A DNA stretch of 63,588 bases, the filler included, from Actinomycetota bacterium (lineage in GTDB: Bacteria > Actinomycetota > CADDZG01 > JAHWKV01 > JAOPZY01): assembly GCA_025963875.1 (NCBI GenBank). It is 5 parts of 5 records of this genome, joined end to end, with 100 filler letters (N's around TTAATTAATTAA, not from the genome) between each part and the next. Parts side by side here need not be neighbours in the genome. Positions count along the whole stretch, not along the records: positions 16,318 to 32,595 come from JAOPZY010000252.1; 4 more parts are not named here. One strand, written 5' to 3'. The first letter of the stretch is position 1. Each line of letters starts with the position of its first letter. Shown in pieces: positions 18,305 to 28,798 of the stretch. The notes below the pieces were generated by a model. It had not been told where the DNA came from. It made no database searches and was given only the letters and a program-made list of their open reading frames with translations. Position numbers and translations under genes: made by a program.

Positions 18305-19648
18305 TCAGGCCTCCGTTGCCGACATGTCCCTGGGTCGTGCCCAGGTGGACGCGCTGGCCAGTTGCTCGTCCAGGTCCCCGACGGGCTTGAGGTGGTCCCA
18401 CTCTCGAAGCTGCTCGCGGAGCTGGGCTATCCGCCGGAGTGCCCGGGTCGACCGCGTCTCCTCCGCGATGCCAATGGCGTCACCGGCGATGCGGCACACT
18501 TTCTCGATATCTCCCTCGGGGATGTAGGTGGCGGCCAGCCGGGCCAGGTAGATGGCCTGCTCCCTGACCTCGCGGGCGGGCGAGAGCGTGATCGCCGTAT
18601 TGAGCGCCGCTCGCGCGGCCTCAGGGACGTTCAGCAGGGCGTAGCAGGTACCGGCTGCGCTGGCCAGGGCCACCCGGTCGTAGTGGTACATCCAGGGAGG
18701 ATCTTCTCCAGCGCTTTGCTTTCCGAGCAGGTTCTCTCCTCTCTCCAGCGCCTGCTCGGCCGCCGTGCGGCCCCCGAGCGTGGCCCAGACCTCCGCGTGG
18801 ACCGTCGCCAGCCAGGAGGTGATTGCCGGCGTGGCGGTGCGCCGTCCTCGTGTCTCGGCAGCCTCCGCGAAGGCCAGCCCTTCGTGCGGCTCGTCGCTGT
18901 ACGTCACAAGGACGCTCAGATACCCGAGGATGTACGCCGCCAGAGCCTCGTCCCCGACTTCGTGAGCGAGCCTCAGTGCTTCGTTGAACCGGCTGCGAGC
19001 AATCTCGTGGTGGCCCATGTCGAAAGCGAGCCACCCGAGAAACTGCGACAGCTGAGAGGTGAGGTTCACCAGCGCGGAGCGTACGTCATCCGTCTGCGCG
19101 CTCTCGAGCAGCCGGAGAAGCAGACTCCGATGTGCGAGAGCCGGAGCCACGGCGGCGCGGGGGCCCAGTAGATCGTCGACACGACGGAGACTTCCAATGG
19201 ACAGCGAGATGACCGAGATGACTTCCGGAGCAACTCGGGCCGGTTTCCGGATGATATCGGTCAACTCTTCCCAATTCGGCCACTCCGGTGATGTTTCAGC
19301 AGATAGGGCGCCGGAATCGCCGGTGGTTCTTTCCACCCGAGCTGCGATTTCCCCCCGCCGGGATCGCGGAGACAAAGACGGCTGGACGCCGAGCACTTCG
19401 GCAGAAGCCTCATAGAGAAGCGTCAGCAGTTTTGGGTAGGGGGCCCGAGGCATCTTTTCTCCTCGCTCCCAGCGTCCCACCATATCGGCATTGACCCCGA
19501 GATTCGACTCGCCAACTCGATTTCCCAGCTCAATCAATTGCTGCGCCACGTCCCCCAGGGACCAGCCTCGGCTGAGGCGATGCCTCCGTAGCTCGTCCAA
19601 GGGACTCCGCTTGTGGCCGGTACTCCGGTCTGACGGAATCGGTACCAC
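18305..19648 (-). CDS. XRE-family HTH regulator with helical/TPR-like C-terminal domain
   Basis: LRRHRLSRGWS...VGRWERGEKMP HTH; LGWLAFDMG, ALRLAHE repeats typical of large actinobacterial XRE regulators. Confidence 0.85.
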   Translation of the reverse strand: MVPIPSDRSTGHKRSPLDELRRHRLSRGWSLGDVAQQLIELGNRVGESNLGVNADMVGRWERGEKMPRAPYPKLLTLLYEASAEVLGVQPSLSPRSRRGEIAARVERTTGDSGALSAETSPEWPNWEELTDIIRKPARVAPEVISVISLSIGSLRRVDDLLGPRAAVAPALAHRSLLLRLLESAQTDDVRSALVNLTSQLSQFLGWLAFDMGHHEIARSRFNEALRLAHEVGDEALAAYILGYLSVLVTYSDEPHEGLAFAEAAETRGRRTATPAITSWLATVHAEVWATLGGRTAAEQALERGENLLGKQSAGEDPPWMYHYDRVALASAAGTCYALLNVPEAARAALNTAITLSPAREVREQAIYLARLAATYIPEGDIEKVCRIAGDAIGIAEETRSTRALRRIAQLREQLREWDHLKPVGDLDEQLASASTWARPRDMSATEA

Positions 19649-19916
19649 CCCCCCCCGTCACGCTCTGCCACCGTGCCAGAAGATCTTGGGCGACTTCTGT
19701 CGGCTTGGCAACATCAGCAACGATAGAGGCACATGAGAGCCGCATGAGAGACATCCGAAAGGCCGGTTTGGCATGGCTCGCGAGCTATTGGGACCCTGCC
19801 GGCCGGCTGCCGGGCGCCCGCCGGCGGCATCCTCCAGAAGCCCGGCCCCGTCGGTGCAGGCATGCGGCGATGACTGCACAGCCTTGCCTCCGAGGAGAGT
19901 CCGAGCCGCGTGCCGC

Positions 19917-20840
19917 TCATCCGGTGGTGGCACCGGGCAGGGCGGACGCGCCGGCCGGTGCGGCCGGCGCCGACGGACTCGCATCGGGGACGGCGCCGGT
20001 GACACGGAGTTGCGCCACGCGTCCCAGGAGGTCGAACCAGAAGGGTGCGCCCAGTGAAACGGCGATCGCGGTGAGCAGCCAGCCGACCAGCGCCACGTAC
20101 CACGTGCCGGGGCGCACGCCGTTGCCCCAGCCGATCGGCAGGGAGAGGCCGGAAATGGTCGCCAGGCCCGATGCCACGTTGCCGAGCGCCGAGGCCACCG
20201 CCTGCCGGTCGCTCGACGGGGGCGGCACCGCTCGCTGGGCCTGCTGGGCCACCGCGTCTCTCAGCGGTGCATCCGTCCAGAGGCGCTGGGTCATGGTGAC
20301 GGCGTTGACGTTCAGGCCCACGGCGAGGATCAGGCCGAAGGCCAGCAGCATCGCCTGCGCGCGCCGCCGGTACCAGCCCGACACCCGGTCCATGCTGTCG
20401 TCGAACCAGTGTGCGACAGCCCTCTGGAAACCTGCGATGTCCTCGCCGGCCTCCCTCCAGAGGACGTCGAGTACTGCTTTCACCTGCCCGTCCGGCAGGT
20501 CCTTGATGGCCGTGGCCACCGCGGCGGTACCCGCCGCGGCACCGCTGGCTGCGACGCTCACGGCCGGCCTGACCTTGTTGTCCAGCAGCGCGATGGCGAA
20601 TTTCTCGGACGGCAGGTAGGACGGCCCTTTCCTGCCCAGGTAGAGCGACTGGACCAGGGGGTGCCGGTAGAGGTCCTCCGCGTCGGAGGGATTGCCGAGC
20701 ACGTGAACGATCCCCTGCTTGAGCGTCCCGGCGCGCAGCCGGAGGGCTGCTGCGACCAGCTCGTTCGCTCCAGAGGCCACAAGGCTGAGGACGATGAAGA
20801 CAAAGGAGAGACCGATTACAACCTCGAGGATGACGGACAT
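19917..20840 (-). CDS. Conserved hypothetical membrane protein
   Basis: PSYLP..FA.ALLD, WFDDSMDRVSGWYRR, GWLLTAIAVSLGAPFWFDLL; about 3 TM. Confidence 0.8.
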   Translation of the reverse strand: MSVILEVVIGLSFVFIVLSLVASGANELVAAALRLRAGTLKQGIVHVLGNPSDAEDLYRHPLVQSLYLGRKGPSYLPSEKFAIALLDNKVRPAVSVAASGAAAGTAAVATAIKDLPDGQVKAVLDVLWREAGEDIAGFQRAVAHWFDDSMDRVSGWYRRRAQAMLLAFGLILAVGLNVNAVTMTQRLWTDAPLRDAVAQQAQRAVPPPSSDRQAVASALGNVASGLATISGLSLPIGWGNGVRPGTWYVALVGWLLTAIAVSLGAPFWFDLLGRVAQLRVTGAVPDASPSAPAAPAGASALPGATTG

Positions 20841-21004
20841 TGCCGAGCTACCCCCCGGTCGTCGAGTCGTGGCGATCGTAGCCCAACCGGTTCGGTTCCG
20901 ACAGAGTCTGCGACGCGTCTCCCGGCTGCAGGGGTCGGAACGTTGCCTTCCTCACGGTGCCGGTGGAACCGGGCCGACTGCCCGGTGCCAGCCGAGGTCG
21001 TGCA

Positions 21005-21343
21005 TCATGACGTGTCACGGGTGGCTGGTTTGCGACGGTAGGTCATCTGGACCGAGGCCTGGGCGCCCGTGGAGGCGATGAAGCCGAGATGGCCCTCCGC
21101 GCTGAAGCCGAGCTCGAAGACCACCTCATGGAGGTCGAAGTTCTCGACGCTGGTCGCCACCCGCTCGAGGAAGGCCTTCATTTGCACGCCGATCGCCTCC
21201 CACTCCGCCGCCACATCCTCCTTGCGGCGCTGGATGAAATCCCCCACCTTTCCGTAGTCCTGCTCGGCCCCCAGCGGCCCCCCGCTCAACTCCGAGCCTC
21301 CCCCGATGAACACGATGAACTCTGCCGCGTCGTCCTCCGTCAC
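21005..21343 (-). CDS. Pepco/Trypco-like peptidase co-occurring small protein
   Basis: Amphipathic helix then FDLHEVVFELGFSAEGHLGFIASTGAQASVQMTYRR; GTGA overlap with the protease stop. Confidence 0.7.
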   Translation of the reverse strand: MTEDDAAEFIVFIGGGSELSGGPLGAEQDYGKVGDFIQRRKEDVAAEWEAIGVQMKAFLERVATSVENFDLHEVVFELGFSAEGHLGFIASTGAQASVQMTYRRKPATRDTS

Positions 21344-23319
21344 GCTCCGCCTCCGTCTCCCCCCTCGAGCAGCTGGAGCTGCCACACCTGCTCGATCTGG
21401 GTCAGCATGTGGACGCGCCCGAGCGTCCCGCCGTACACCTTGCGGACCCCGACGAACATTCCGTAGGGCCGCGGCCCGGGCGCGTACTCCGGGGATACTC
21501 GGTAGGTCGCCTCCCAGACCATCGAGCCGGACCAGCCGGGCTGCCCGGTGACGTCGATCAGCAGGACCGCCGGGTCGCTGGGAGGCTGTCCGGGGGCGCC
21601 GGGGACGACGCCCTGGGGTACCTCCATCTCCACGACGTGCCCGGCCACGACGGAGCCCTCGGGGCTTCGCATCTCGATGGGGAAGTAGCCGGCGAAGGGA
21701 TAGGCGTGCACGCCGCGGGCGCCGGGCGCCGGCGACCCGTCCTCCACCACCGCGGCGTCCATGATGGGGTCCGCCCGGAGCACCCGGCGCTCGACCGGAG
21801 CCTGCTCGCCGGGCTGGGGGAAGCGCACCGTATCGTTCTCGCGCAGGGAGCGCTTGTCGCCACCCCTGGCTGCCACGTGAGCCGCCGTGAGGATTCCCGT
21901 CTCACCGCCCAGCCGCACGCTGCTGGTGACCATGCCCGTGTCGAGCCGCAGCCGGGTCCTGAGGGGTACCCTCCTGGGGCGGTCCTTGTACATGGGCCGG
22001 ACGACGACCGGAAACTGCTGCCCGTCCACCGTCACGAACAGGGGAGCCGCCTGGGGGAGTGCCGGGAGGCGGACGTAGAAGATCGCCGCAAGCCGGACCT
22101 GACCTCCCGCCTCGACGAAGCCGATCGTCACCTTGCGGACCCCGCGCAACCGCCGGCCTATCCCTCCCCGCCGCCGGACCGCGTCGTTCAGCGCAAGCAT
22201 CCACAGAGCGGCATGCCGGAACGGCTCCGGGGCGTCCGGGACCCGGTAGTAGTCGCGGCGGGCCAGCAGGTCGGCGATGTTGGCCGGCCGCTGCTGGGGC
22301 AGGACGGCCCGGGCGGCTCGGGCAAGCTCGAAGCGGGCGGGCGGGGGCGCGCTCGTGAAGCTCGTGTCCCCCCCGAACCTCCAGCCGCGCCGCCACCGCC
22401 CCACTCCGAGCAGGGCAGCCGGCGCCGCGCCGGTGGTGACGAGGCCCACCGTGGCCGACCCGGCGACCGCGAGAGCGATTGCGCCGGGGACCCAGGGAGA
22501 GCCGGGCAGCCCCCTGTGGTGCCCCGACGTGGGCGGTGCCTGCCCTTCGACGAAGGGAAGCGCCTTGCCGGAGCGCGTGGGCTCCGGCGACGGCGACTGG
22601 CCGGGCGCCGGCGACGGCCCTGCCGGGCCGGAGGACGAGGTCGGAACCGGCGTGGGCGATGGCGACGGGCCCGGCGTCGGCCCGACCGGGCCGGGGAACG
22701 GAGTGGCAACGGGCGTCGGTGAGCGCGGCAGGAAGACGCCGTTGCTGGGAGCCGGCGCGGGTGCGGTACTGGGGCAGGCGCCGAGGAGAGGGAGGCCGAG
22801 CAGGGTCACCTGGGTGTCCAGGGAGGTCGAGTTGTTGGCCGGCTCGGGATCGGGCTGGCTGCCCGTCACGGTGGCAGAGTCGCTGACGCAGGCGGGGAGC
22901 AGCGGAGCCGTGACGTCGACGGTGACTACTGCAGAGCTGCCGGGGGCAAGGGACCCGAGACTGCAGGCGACGGTGCCGTCGGAGTTCGTGCAGCTTCCCT
23001 TCGAGGCGCTCGTGGAGGAGAACTGCACCTGAGCGGGAAGGTTCTCGGTGAGCGTCACCGCGGTCGCCACGCCCGGCCCGGCGTTGGCGACCAGCAGCGT
23101 GTAGGAGAAGGGGAACAGGATCATGGCCGGATTGGGGGAGGCCGATGCGGCGACCGACAGGTCGGCGCCGGGGGTCTGGGCGCGTGCCTGCGTGGGCCAG
23201 ATGCCCACAAGGATTGCTCCGGTCAGCACCAGCCCGGCAAGACCGGCAGCGGCGCCTCCGGCCGTCCGGAGCAGGACCCGCTCTCTGGGTGTCACACGGC
23301 TCTCGTCGTTTGGAAGCAT
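21340..23319 (-). CDS. DUF11 (Ig-like) domain - Pro/Ser linker - TM - trypsin-like serine protease
   Basis: Signal peptide (ARA/Q), ADLSV...NAGPGVATAVTLT...DPEPANNS, TM, then LTAAHV / DAAVV / GQPGWSGS catalytic-triad motifs. Confidence 0.75.
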   Translation of the reverse strand: MLPNDESRVTPRERVLLRTAGGAAAGLAGLVLTGAILVGIWPTQARAQTPGADLSVAASASPNPAMILFPFSYTLLVANAGPGVATAVTLTENLPAQVQFSSTSASKGSCTNSDGTVACSLGSLAPGSSAVVTVDVTAPLLPACVSDSATVTGSQPDPEPANNSTSLDTQVTLLGLPLLGACPSTAPAPAPSNGVFLPRSPTPVATPFPGPVGPTPGPSPSPTPVPTSSSGPAGPSPAPGQSPSPEPTRSGKALPFVEGQAPPTSGHHRGLPGSPWVPGAIALAVAGSATVGLVTTGAAPAALLGVGRWRRGWRFGGDTSFTSAPPPARFELARAARAVLPQQRPANIADLLARRDYYRVPDAPEPFRHAALWMLALNDAVRRRGGIGRRLRGVRKVTIGFVEAGGQVRLAAIFYVRLPALPQAAPLFVTVDGQQFPVVVRPMYKDRPRRVPLRTRLRLDTGMVTSSVRLGGETGILTAAHVAARGGDKRSLRENDTVRFPQPGEQAPVERRVLRADPIMDAAVVEDGSPAPGARGVHAYPFAGYFPIEMRSPEGSVVAGHVVEMEVPQGVVPGAPGQPPSDPAVLLIDVTGQPGWSGSMVWEATYRVSPEYAPGPRPYGMFVGVRKVYGGTLGRVHMLTQIEQVWQLQLLEGGDGGGA

Positions 23320-23745
23320 CCGGACAGCGCCAGCTACGGGAGTGAACCGCGAGCATTGGGTTGGTCAGGGCGTATCTGATCCTTAAGAACTCAGGATACT
23401 GAGCGAGGATCCGCCCAGGGGGCTGCTTTACCCGTCCCTTACCTGTCTATCTCCCGTGGAGCCTGTCCCTCCGCGTCCACCGTCTTTGCGGAGCAGCCCA
23501 CTTTGCGGAGCAGCCCGCCCCGAGCAATCACCATCACGAGCCGGGGTGAGCCTTCGCCCAGAGAACAGCATGGAGTCGTCCACACGTATGCCACGCTGAT
23601 CCTGGGCGGGACTGCACCGCGACGGCTTCCGTAGGGAGCCGCCCGCGTGGGATGCCAACCAGCCATAGCCAGTGCTTGATTGCCTCTTCCATGGAGCTGG
23701 GGGACATTGGGGCCGTTCGAAGGATTCAAGGCCTCTCCCACATTG

Positions 23746-23791
23746 TGGGCGCACGAGGATTTGAACCTCGGACCTCTTCCATGTCAAGGAA
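23746..23791 (-). tRNA. 3' half of tRNA-Val(GAC); fragment only, likely attachment site
   Basis: Minus strand TTCC-TTGACAT-GGAA anticodon arm, CGAGG-TTCAAAT-CCTCG T-arm, TGCGCCCA acceptor strand; D-arm and 5' half absent. Confidence 0.85.
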
Positions 23792-24004
23792 TTCACGACA
23801 TGCCATCTACCAGCACAAACGCAGCCTGACCTGCGGCGTTGTGTTCGTTGTCGTTCATCATGTACTCGTTGTTGCTCTACGTTCGCGGGATTTCCGCGGG
23901 ATGGATCAGCTCCCGGAGGCGTCCAAGACATAGTGGCTGGACCAGCCTGGGGAGGACAAACCCAAGATGCTCACGCCGTCAGGCACGGCATGCTCGCCCA
24001 AGAC

Positions 24005-24285
24005 TTAACCGGCCTTCAGGTAGTCACGAACCGCCCTGCAACCACTTCCCCGGCCGTCACTCCATTCTCTTCCGCCCGATGCTCAATCGCTTCCCGAAGC
24101 TCAGGCTCGAAACGAACTGGGAGTGCCTGCGCCGCGGCGGACCCCATGCGAGGCCGCCCAGGCCGTCGCCGCAGCTTGGACGGATCGAGGCCAGCCTCGG
24201 CCTCGGCTGCCATGCGTTCAACCACCTCAGGGGTAAGGTCGACGCCGCTTCGTGACCTTCCATAGGACCGCTCGTCTTCAGTCAT
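24005..24285 (-). pseudogene. Ribbon-helix-helix (CopG-like) protein with a 1-base frameshift
   Basis: GRPRMG...VRFEPELREAIEHRAEENGVTAGEVV; adding one base near 24040 gives ...RRAVRDYLKAG-stop. Confidence 0.7.
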
Positions 24286-24499
24286 CGGCACCTCGGGGAA
24301 GCAGCGCGGCATAGGCACGTCATACAGTAGTTGGTCCTTTGAGCGATCAGCGGCAGCTCGGCCCCTGTGATGCGGTCTGTCCTGGGCTCCAACGAGTGCA
24401 TCCGGATGGCCTCGGACACACCTGCCCACGCTGATCCTCGGAACCCCCGTCGAGATCGTCGGCTGATCCTGACGACGGATGGGAGCGGCTCTCGGTCGC

Positions 24500-25610
24500 T
24501 TACGGCGTTGGGGCCAAGCTGAGCTCTACGACCTGCACCAATGGACGCAGAGCGCCGCCGCTGGACGAGGACAGCCCGCTGGCGAGATAGACGGCACTCC
24601 CGACGGTTCCGATCGCCTCGTCCGCCACCGATCCAGGGAGCGACCCCGCAGGCGTCACTGTGGCATCGGCCGGATCGAATCGGAGGATCGCCGCGGTCGG
24701 TCCGGCAGGGGTCCAGCCGCCGAAGACGAGGATCTCCCCGTCGACGAGCGCCGCCCTGGCGTGAGCCAGGGGGACGTGAAGCTGTCCGATCACCCGCGAT
24801 TGGCCGGTGGCGACGTCGAAGCTCTGCACGACCGTGCTGAAGGTTCCGTTGTACTCTCCGCCGGCGGTGAGGCCCCCAAAGAGATAGATGGTCGTCCCGG
24901 TCACCGCGATTGCGGTAGCGCTCCGCCCGTGCGATCTGGCCCACGACCGAGAACGACGTGCCGTCGCGGGTGGCCCAGACGTCGCTGATGAACGCGGAGC
25001 CGTTGAATCCGGCCAGCAGGAACACATCGGCCCCCACCGCTGCCCCGACCAGGTCGGCCCGAGGGCCGGGCATGTGGCCGATCACGGAGGTGGCTCCGGT
25101 GGCGGGGTTGAAAGCTTGGACAAGGTTGTCGGGCGAGACGTCGGCGCCCCCAAACACCAGGATCTGGCTTCCGACCGAGACTGCGGCTGCGCCGTGGGTG
25201 GGGGTCGCCAGGTGCCCGGCCAGCCCGACCTGCCCGCTTGTGGGCTGGATCCGGTAGACGTCCCCCGACGACACGCCGTTGGGGTCGAGTCCTCCCAGGA
25301 GGAAGACGCTGTCGCCTGAGGCCGCCCCCATCGTTCGGTACCGGGGTGACGGCACGGTCCATGGCTCGGGCTGGGCCAGGAGCGACGCGCTGGGTGCGGG
25401 CAGCGGAGCCGTCGTCGGGGAGGCTGCCGCTGAGGGCGGTGCCCCTGCGGTGCCCGCGGTCGGTGTGGGCGTCCGGCCCGCCGCGCTCGGTCCCGGGCCG
25501 ATCGGGCCGCCGGAACTGCAGCCTGTCGCCACGACCAAGAGGGCGACGACCATCCCGGCGGGGCGGAGCGGCAGCCTGCGCCAACATCGATGGCGGCTAT
25601 GGTTCAGCAT
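24500..25610 (-). pseudogene. Kelch-repeat lipoprotein, frameshifted near 24914
   Basis: Lipobox VATGC; Kelch repeats (VFLLGG, ILVFGG, IYLFGG) split over two frames at ERY|AIAV. Confidence 0.75.
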
Positions 25611-25668
25611 GCCCTGCCTCGGACCGGGGGGAGCGTGTCCATCAGAGTATGCCCCTCGCGCCTGGGGG

Positions 25669-27029
25669 TCAGACTCGGCTGAACAGGGCGATGAAGTCAC
25701 GGCTGCTGGCAGTGAGGTAGTTGGTGATGGAGGGATGCATGTCCGGCAGGAGCTTGTTGACGGTGATGCTTCCATCGGGTTGGTGGGCGTAGCTGAAGAA
25801 GTCGACCCACGCTGAGTTGATGTCGAGCTCCATGGCTCGCACGGCGCCGGCCCGCATCAGCACGTCGGCGAGGGTTGCGGCGCTCAACCCGTCGCCTGCG
25901 GCGTAGAGCATGGCGCCATCGGCGGTGATGCCCAGCCCGGATCGCCACACGTAGACGGCGCTGCCAAGGCTGGCGCCCCAGACGCGGCTGTTGGTGTTGA
26001 GGTCGGCGGCTGGCTGGCCCCCGTCGACGATCAACTCGAGGTTCTGCCGGGCGAAGGCGATGGTGGGATTCATCGCGACGTCGCGTTCCCACACCCCGAT
26101 GTTGGGCACGCCGTTGGGGTCGATGACCAGCGTTGCCTCCCCAGCGACGAGCGGCCGGGCCGTGCGCCCGTCGGCGTAATACCACCTCGCGCGTCGCGCA
26201 TCTTGAAGCCGGAGTTGAAGGCGGCGAGCAGTTGGGGGCGGAGGTTCTCCGGGATGGGCGCCTGGTTGGTCCACGGGCCTCCGCCGGGTTCCAGGACGCC
26301 GGCGTAGCCCGTGAAGCGGACCAGCGTCGGGTCGATCCAGGCGACCGCCGTGACAAGGCTGGTGTGGACCGGATCTGGGCGCAGGAAGGCCGCGTACATG
26401 GCCGGGACGCTATCCACGGTCTCGCCGAGCGGTCTCCACTGGCCCTCGCCCGGGAGCGGGTTGGCCGCGATGCTGGGGGTGGAGGGCGGCGCCGGACGAT
26501 GTGGGAGCGGGCTCGGCGGGCTGACCAGTGGCGCCGGTGCGCTCGCTGGCCGCAAGGTTGGGCTCGGCACGAGTGGACTGACCGGTGGCGGGGATGGAGC
26601 CGGCCCCGTTTGCAGGATGTTGCCGAGTGCCCCGGTTGGCTTTCCGCCTTTCTTGGGCGGGTGGTGGGTGTACCACCATCGTTCGACGTCGTTGACCGCC
26701 CAGGCCAGGTGGTGGTCCTTGAGCCACTCGGTCGAGCGGATTGCGAGCGAGTCGTTGCCGGGGCCGGTGAGTGCCTGCCCGTACGACCACCCCACCGGGA
26801 TCATGATCCCGGCCAGGGCGATGGCCACCATGGCGGCCACCAGCCTCCGCCGAGGGTCGCGTAGGGTCGGCGAGACCTGTCGCCGCGCCGATGAGATGAC
26901 GATCTCCCATCGGTTGGTCAGTCTCGGGCGGGGCTCGATCCTGGCCATCTGGTCACCTCCTCGCAAGGCGTGCAAGGGCTGGTGGTCCCTCCGTCGCGAG
27001 GCTTTCGGCGGAGCCCGTGGGGATGTCAC
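25669..27029 (-). pseudogene. Phosphodiester glycosidase (NAGPA-like) family protein, frameshifted near 26182
   Basis: LLAAFNSGFK in one frame continues to YYADG...RQNL...WRSGLG...AMELDIN in another. Confidence 0.75.
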
Positions 27030-28015
27030 GGTGCCGCCGATCCACCGGGCACGGCCAGGAACTGCTCGATCGCCCGTGTGATGCCGGCGGCGATCGCCTG
27101 CTGGCCGGCCGGGTCAGCGGCGACCGTCGCCTCCGTGGCGTTGGCCAAGAAGAAGGGCTCGACGAGGACGCCGGGCATGGCGCTGGGCGTGCTCAGCCAC
27201 CCCGCTGCGGCAGGACCGAGTAGGAGCAGGTGCCCGTAGGCGTTCGCCTGGGCCGACAGTGCGGGGGCGTTGAGGGTCGCGTCGTCGATGATGCCCCGGT
27301 CGGGCACCTGCCACCCGGCGGCATTCAGCGCCGCCACCACATCGCCTTCGACGAGTTGGGCGAGCTGGCGGTTGGAGGCGCTGAAGGTGCGGGCGCTGTC
27401 GTAGGCGGTCAACGAGCCCCGGGCGGTCGGGTCGGAGAACGCGTTGAAGTGGACCGAGACCAGCGCGGCTGCGCCGGACCGGTTGGCGCAGGTGACTCGG
27501 GCCTGCGTGTCGGCGTGCTCGCCCGCCAGCGAGAGCAGCCCTGATCTCGTGACGTCGCCTGGGCCGAGACGGGCCACCGACGTGTCGACGGTCCGAGACA
27601 GCGTCACGCGGTAGCCGTCGGCTCGCAGTGAGGCCGCTGCGGCGAGGACTACCGGGAGCGTCAATTGGCTTTCGTTCACCCGCTTGCCGGTGGTCGTGGT
27701 GCCGCTGGCACCGGGGTCCGGGCCGCCGTGGCCGGCATCGAGCAACACTGTTTGGCCGCGTCCCCGGGTGGTTGGCGCCAGCGTCCTGCACGCGCCGGCG
27801 GCGAAGGTCGAGTCGGCGGATGACGCCGGCGTGGCTTTCGGGGTTAGCGACGGTGCGGCTGCCGGGGCGGTCGTCGGCCCGCGAACGGCGGCGCGGCCAA
27901 TCAGCGTGGCCGCGAGAACCAGGGCGCTCAGGGCCAGGAGAGCCCGACGCGCCCGCACCCGTGCCGACAACCGCGGTCTGAGGGCGAAGATCCTGCTGGT
28001 TTCGCCCTGCATCAC
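27026..28015 (-). CDS. N-acetylmuramoyl-L-alanine amidase (Amidase_3), membrane-anchored/secreted
   Basis: LDAGHGGPDPG, E, LSR, SVHFNA, PGVLVE motifs. Confidence 0.9.
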   Translation of the reverse strand: MMQGETSRIFALRPRLSARVRARRALLALSALVLAATLIGRAAVRGPTTAPAAAPSLTPKATPASSADSTFAAGACRTLAPTTRGRGQTVLLDAGHGGPDPGASGTTTTGKRVNESQLTLPVVLAAAASLRADGYRVTLSRTVDTSVARLGPGDVTRSGLLSLAGEHADTQARVTCANRSGAAALVSVHFNAFSDPTARGSLTAYDSARTFSASNRQLAQLVEGDVVAALNAAGWQVPDRGIIDDATLNAPALSAQANAYGHLLLLGPAAAGWLSTPSAMPGVLVEPFFLANATEATVAADPAGQQAIAAGITRAIEQFLAVPGGSAAP

Positions 28016-28414
28016 CGAGCCCAGCGGTGAGAGCTGCGTCGGGGGGCCGGCCGTTGGTCGTGAGTGCCTCGCAGGCCGCAGCGGCGGGAGGGAGGGCCGG
28101 CAGGATGAGTCAGCAGGTTGGTGAGGTCCACCGCCGGTGGTCGACAGTCAGGGGCTTGCTCCTGGTTGCGACGCATTCCTCAAGGGACAGTGGGGGTCTC
28201 TGCCCGCGACGAGTGTGAACCCCCAAGCTGAAGGTAAGGACCTCCATAAGCTGTCAATCGGCTGTGGGGCTGCGCATCAAGCCGGCTCGCCGACAAGCGG
28301 GCCCCGTCGGGCGCCGATCTCGACCCAGTGGGGCCCGTTGGGGCTGGAAGCCCTGGCTCGCGACCTGGGGGAGCCGGGGTGGAGAGGAAGGCAGCCACGA
28401 GAGACGATCTGGGC

Positions 28415-28798
28415 TCAGGAAGATTGGGAGGGCCAGCGGATAGTGAGGACAACGGAGTCGTCCAGAGCCTGCCAACGATGCCTGGTGCCGGGGCCCCACA
28501 CCGCGTAGTCGCCGGGGCGGGCAAGGGTGACGGGCTCGGCATCGAAGTACAGGTTGAAACGGCCACTGACGAGCAGGCACAGGGTGGTGGCTGCGTCGTC
28601 GGGGTTCCAAGCGGGCCGCGTGTCGCCTGCTGGATGGAGGCCCCATTTGACCTCGACGTCATCGGTGACGCGGGCATCGTCGCCCCGGACAAAGCTCCCG
28701 ACGAACCACCCCCGGTAGTCAGCGCCGTCGGTTTCGGCATTCCCGACGTGAGGGGTGCCTGATGGCCGAGGGCCGCGTGGAGTTGGTTGGTGGCTCAC
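28415..28798 (-). CDS. Small cupin-fold protein
   Basis: GWFVGSF, EVKWGLH, LLVSGRF, GDYAVWGPGTRHRW; GTGA overlap with the upstream stop. Confidence 0.75.
   Translation of the reverse strand: MSHQPTPRGPRPSGTPHVGNAETDGADYRGWFVGSFVRGDDARVTDDVEVKWGLHPAGDTRPAWNPDDAATTLCLLVSGRFNLYFDAEPVTLARPGDYAVWGPGTRHRWQALDDSVVLTIRWPSQSS

Noticed and set aside
23746..23830. Complete tRNA-Val gene
   Set aside because: D-arm and 5' acceptor strand are missing
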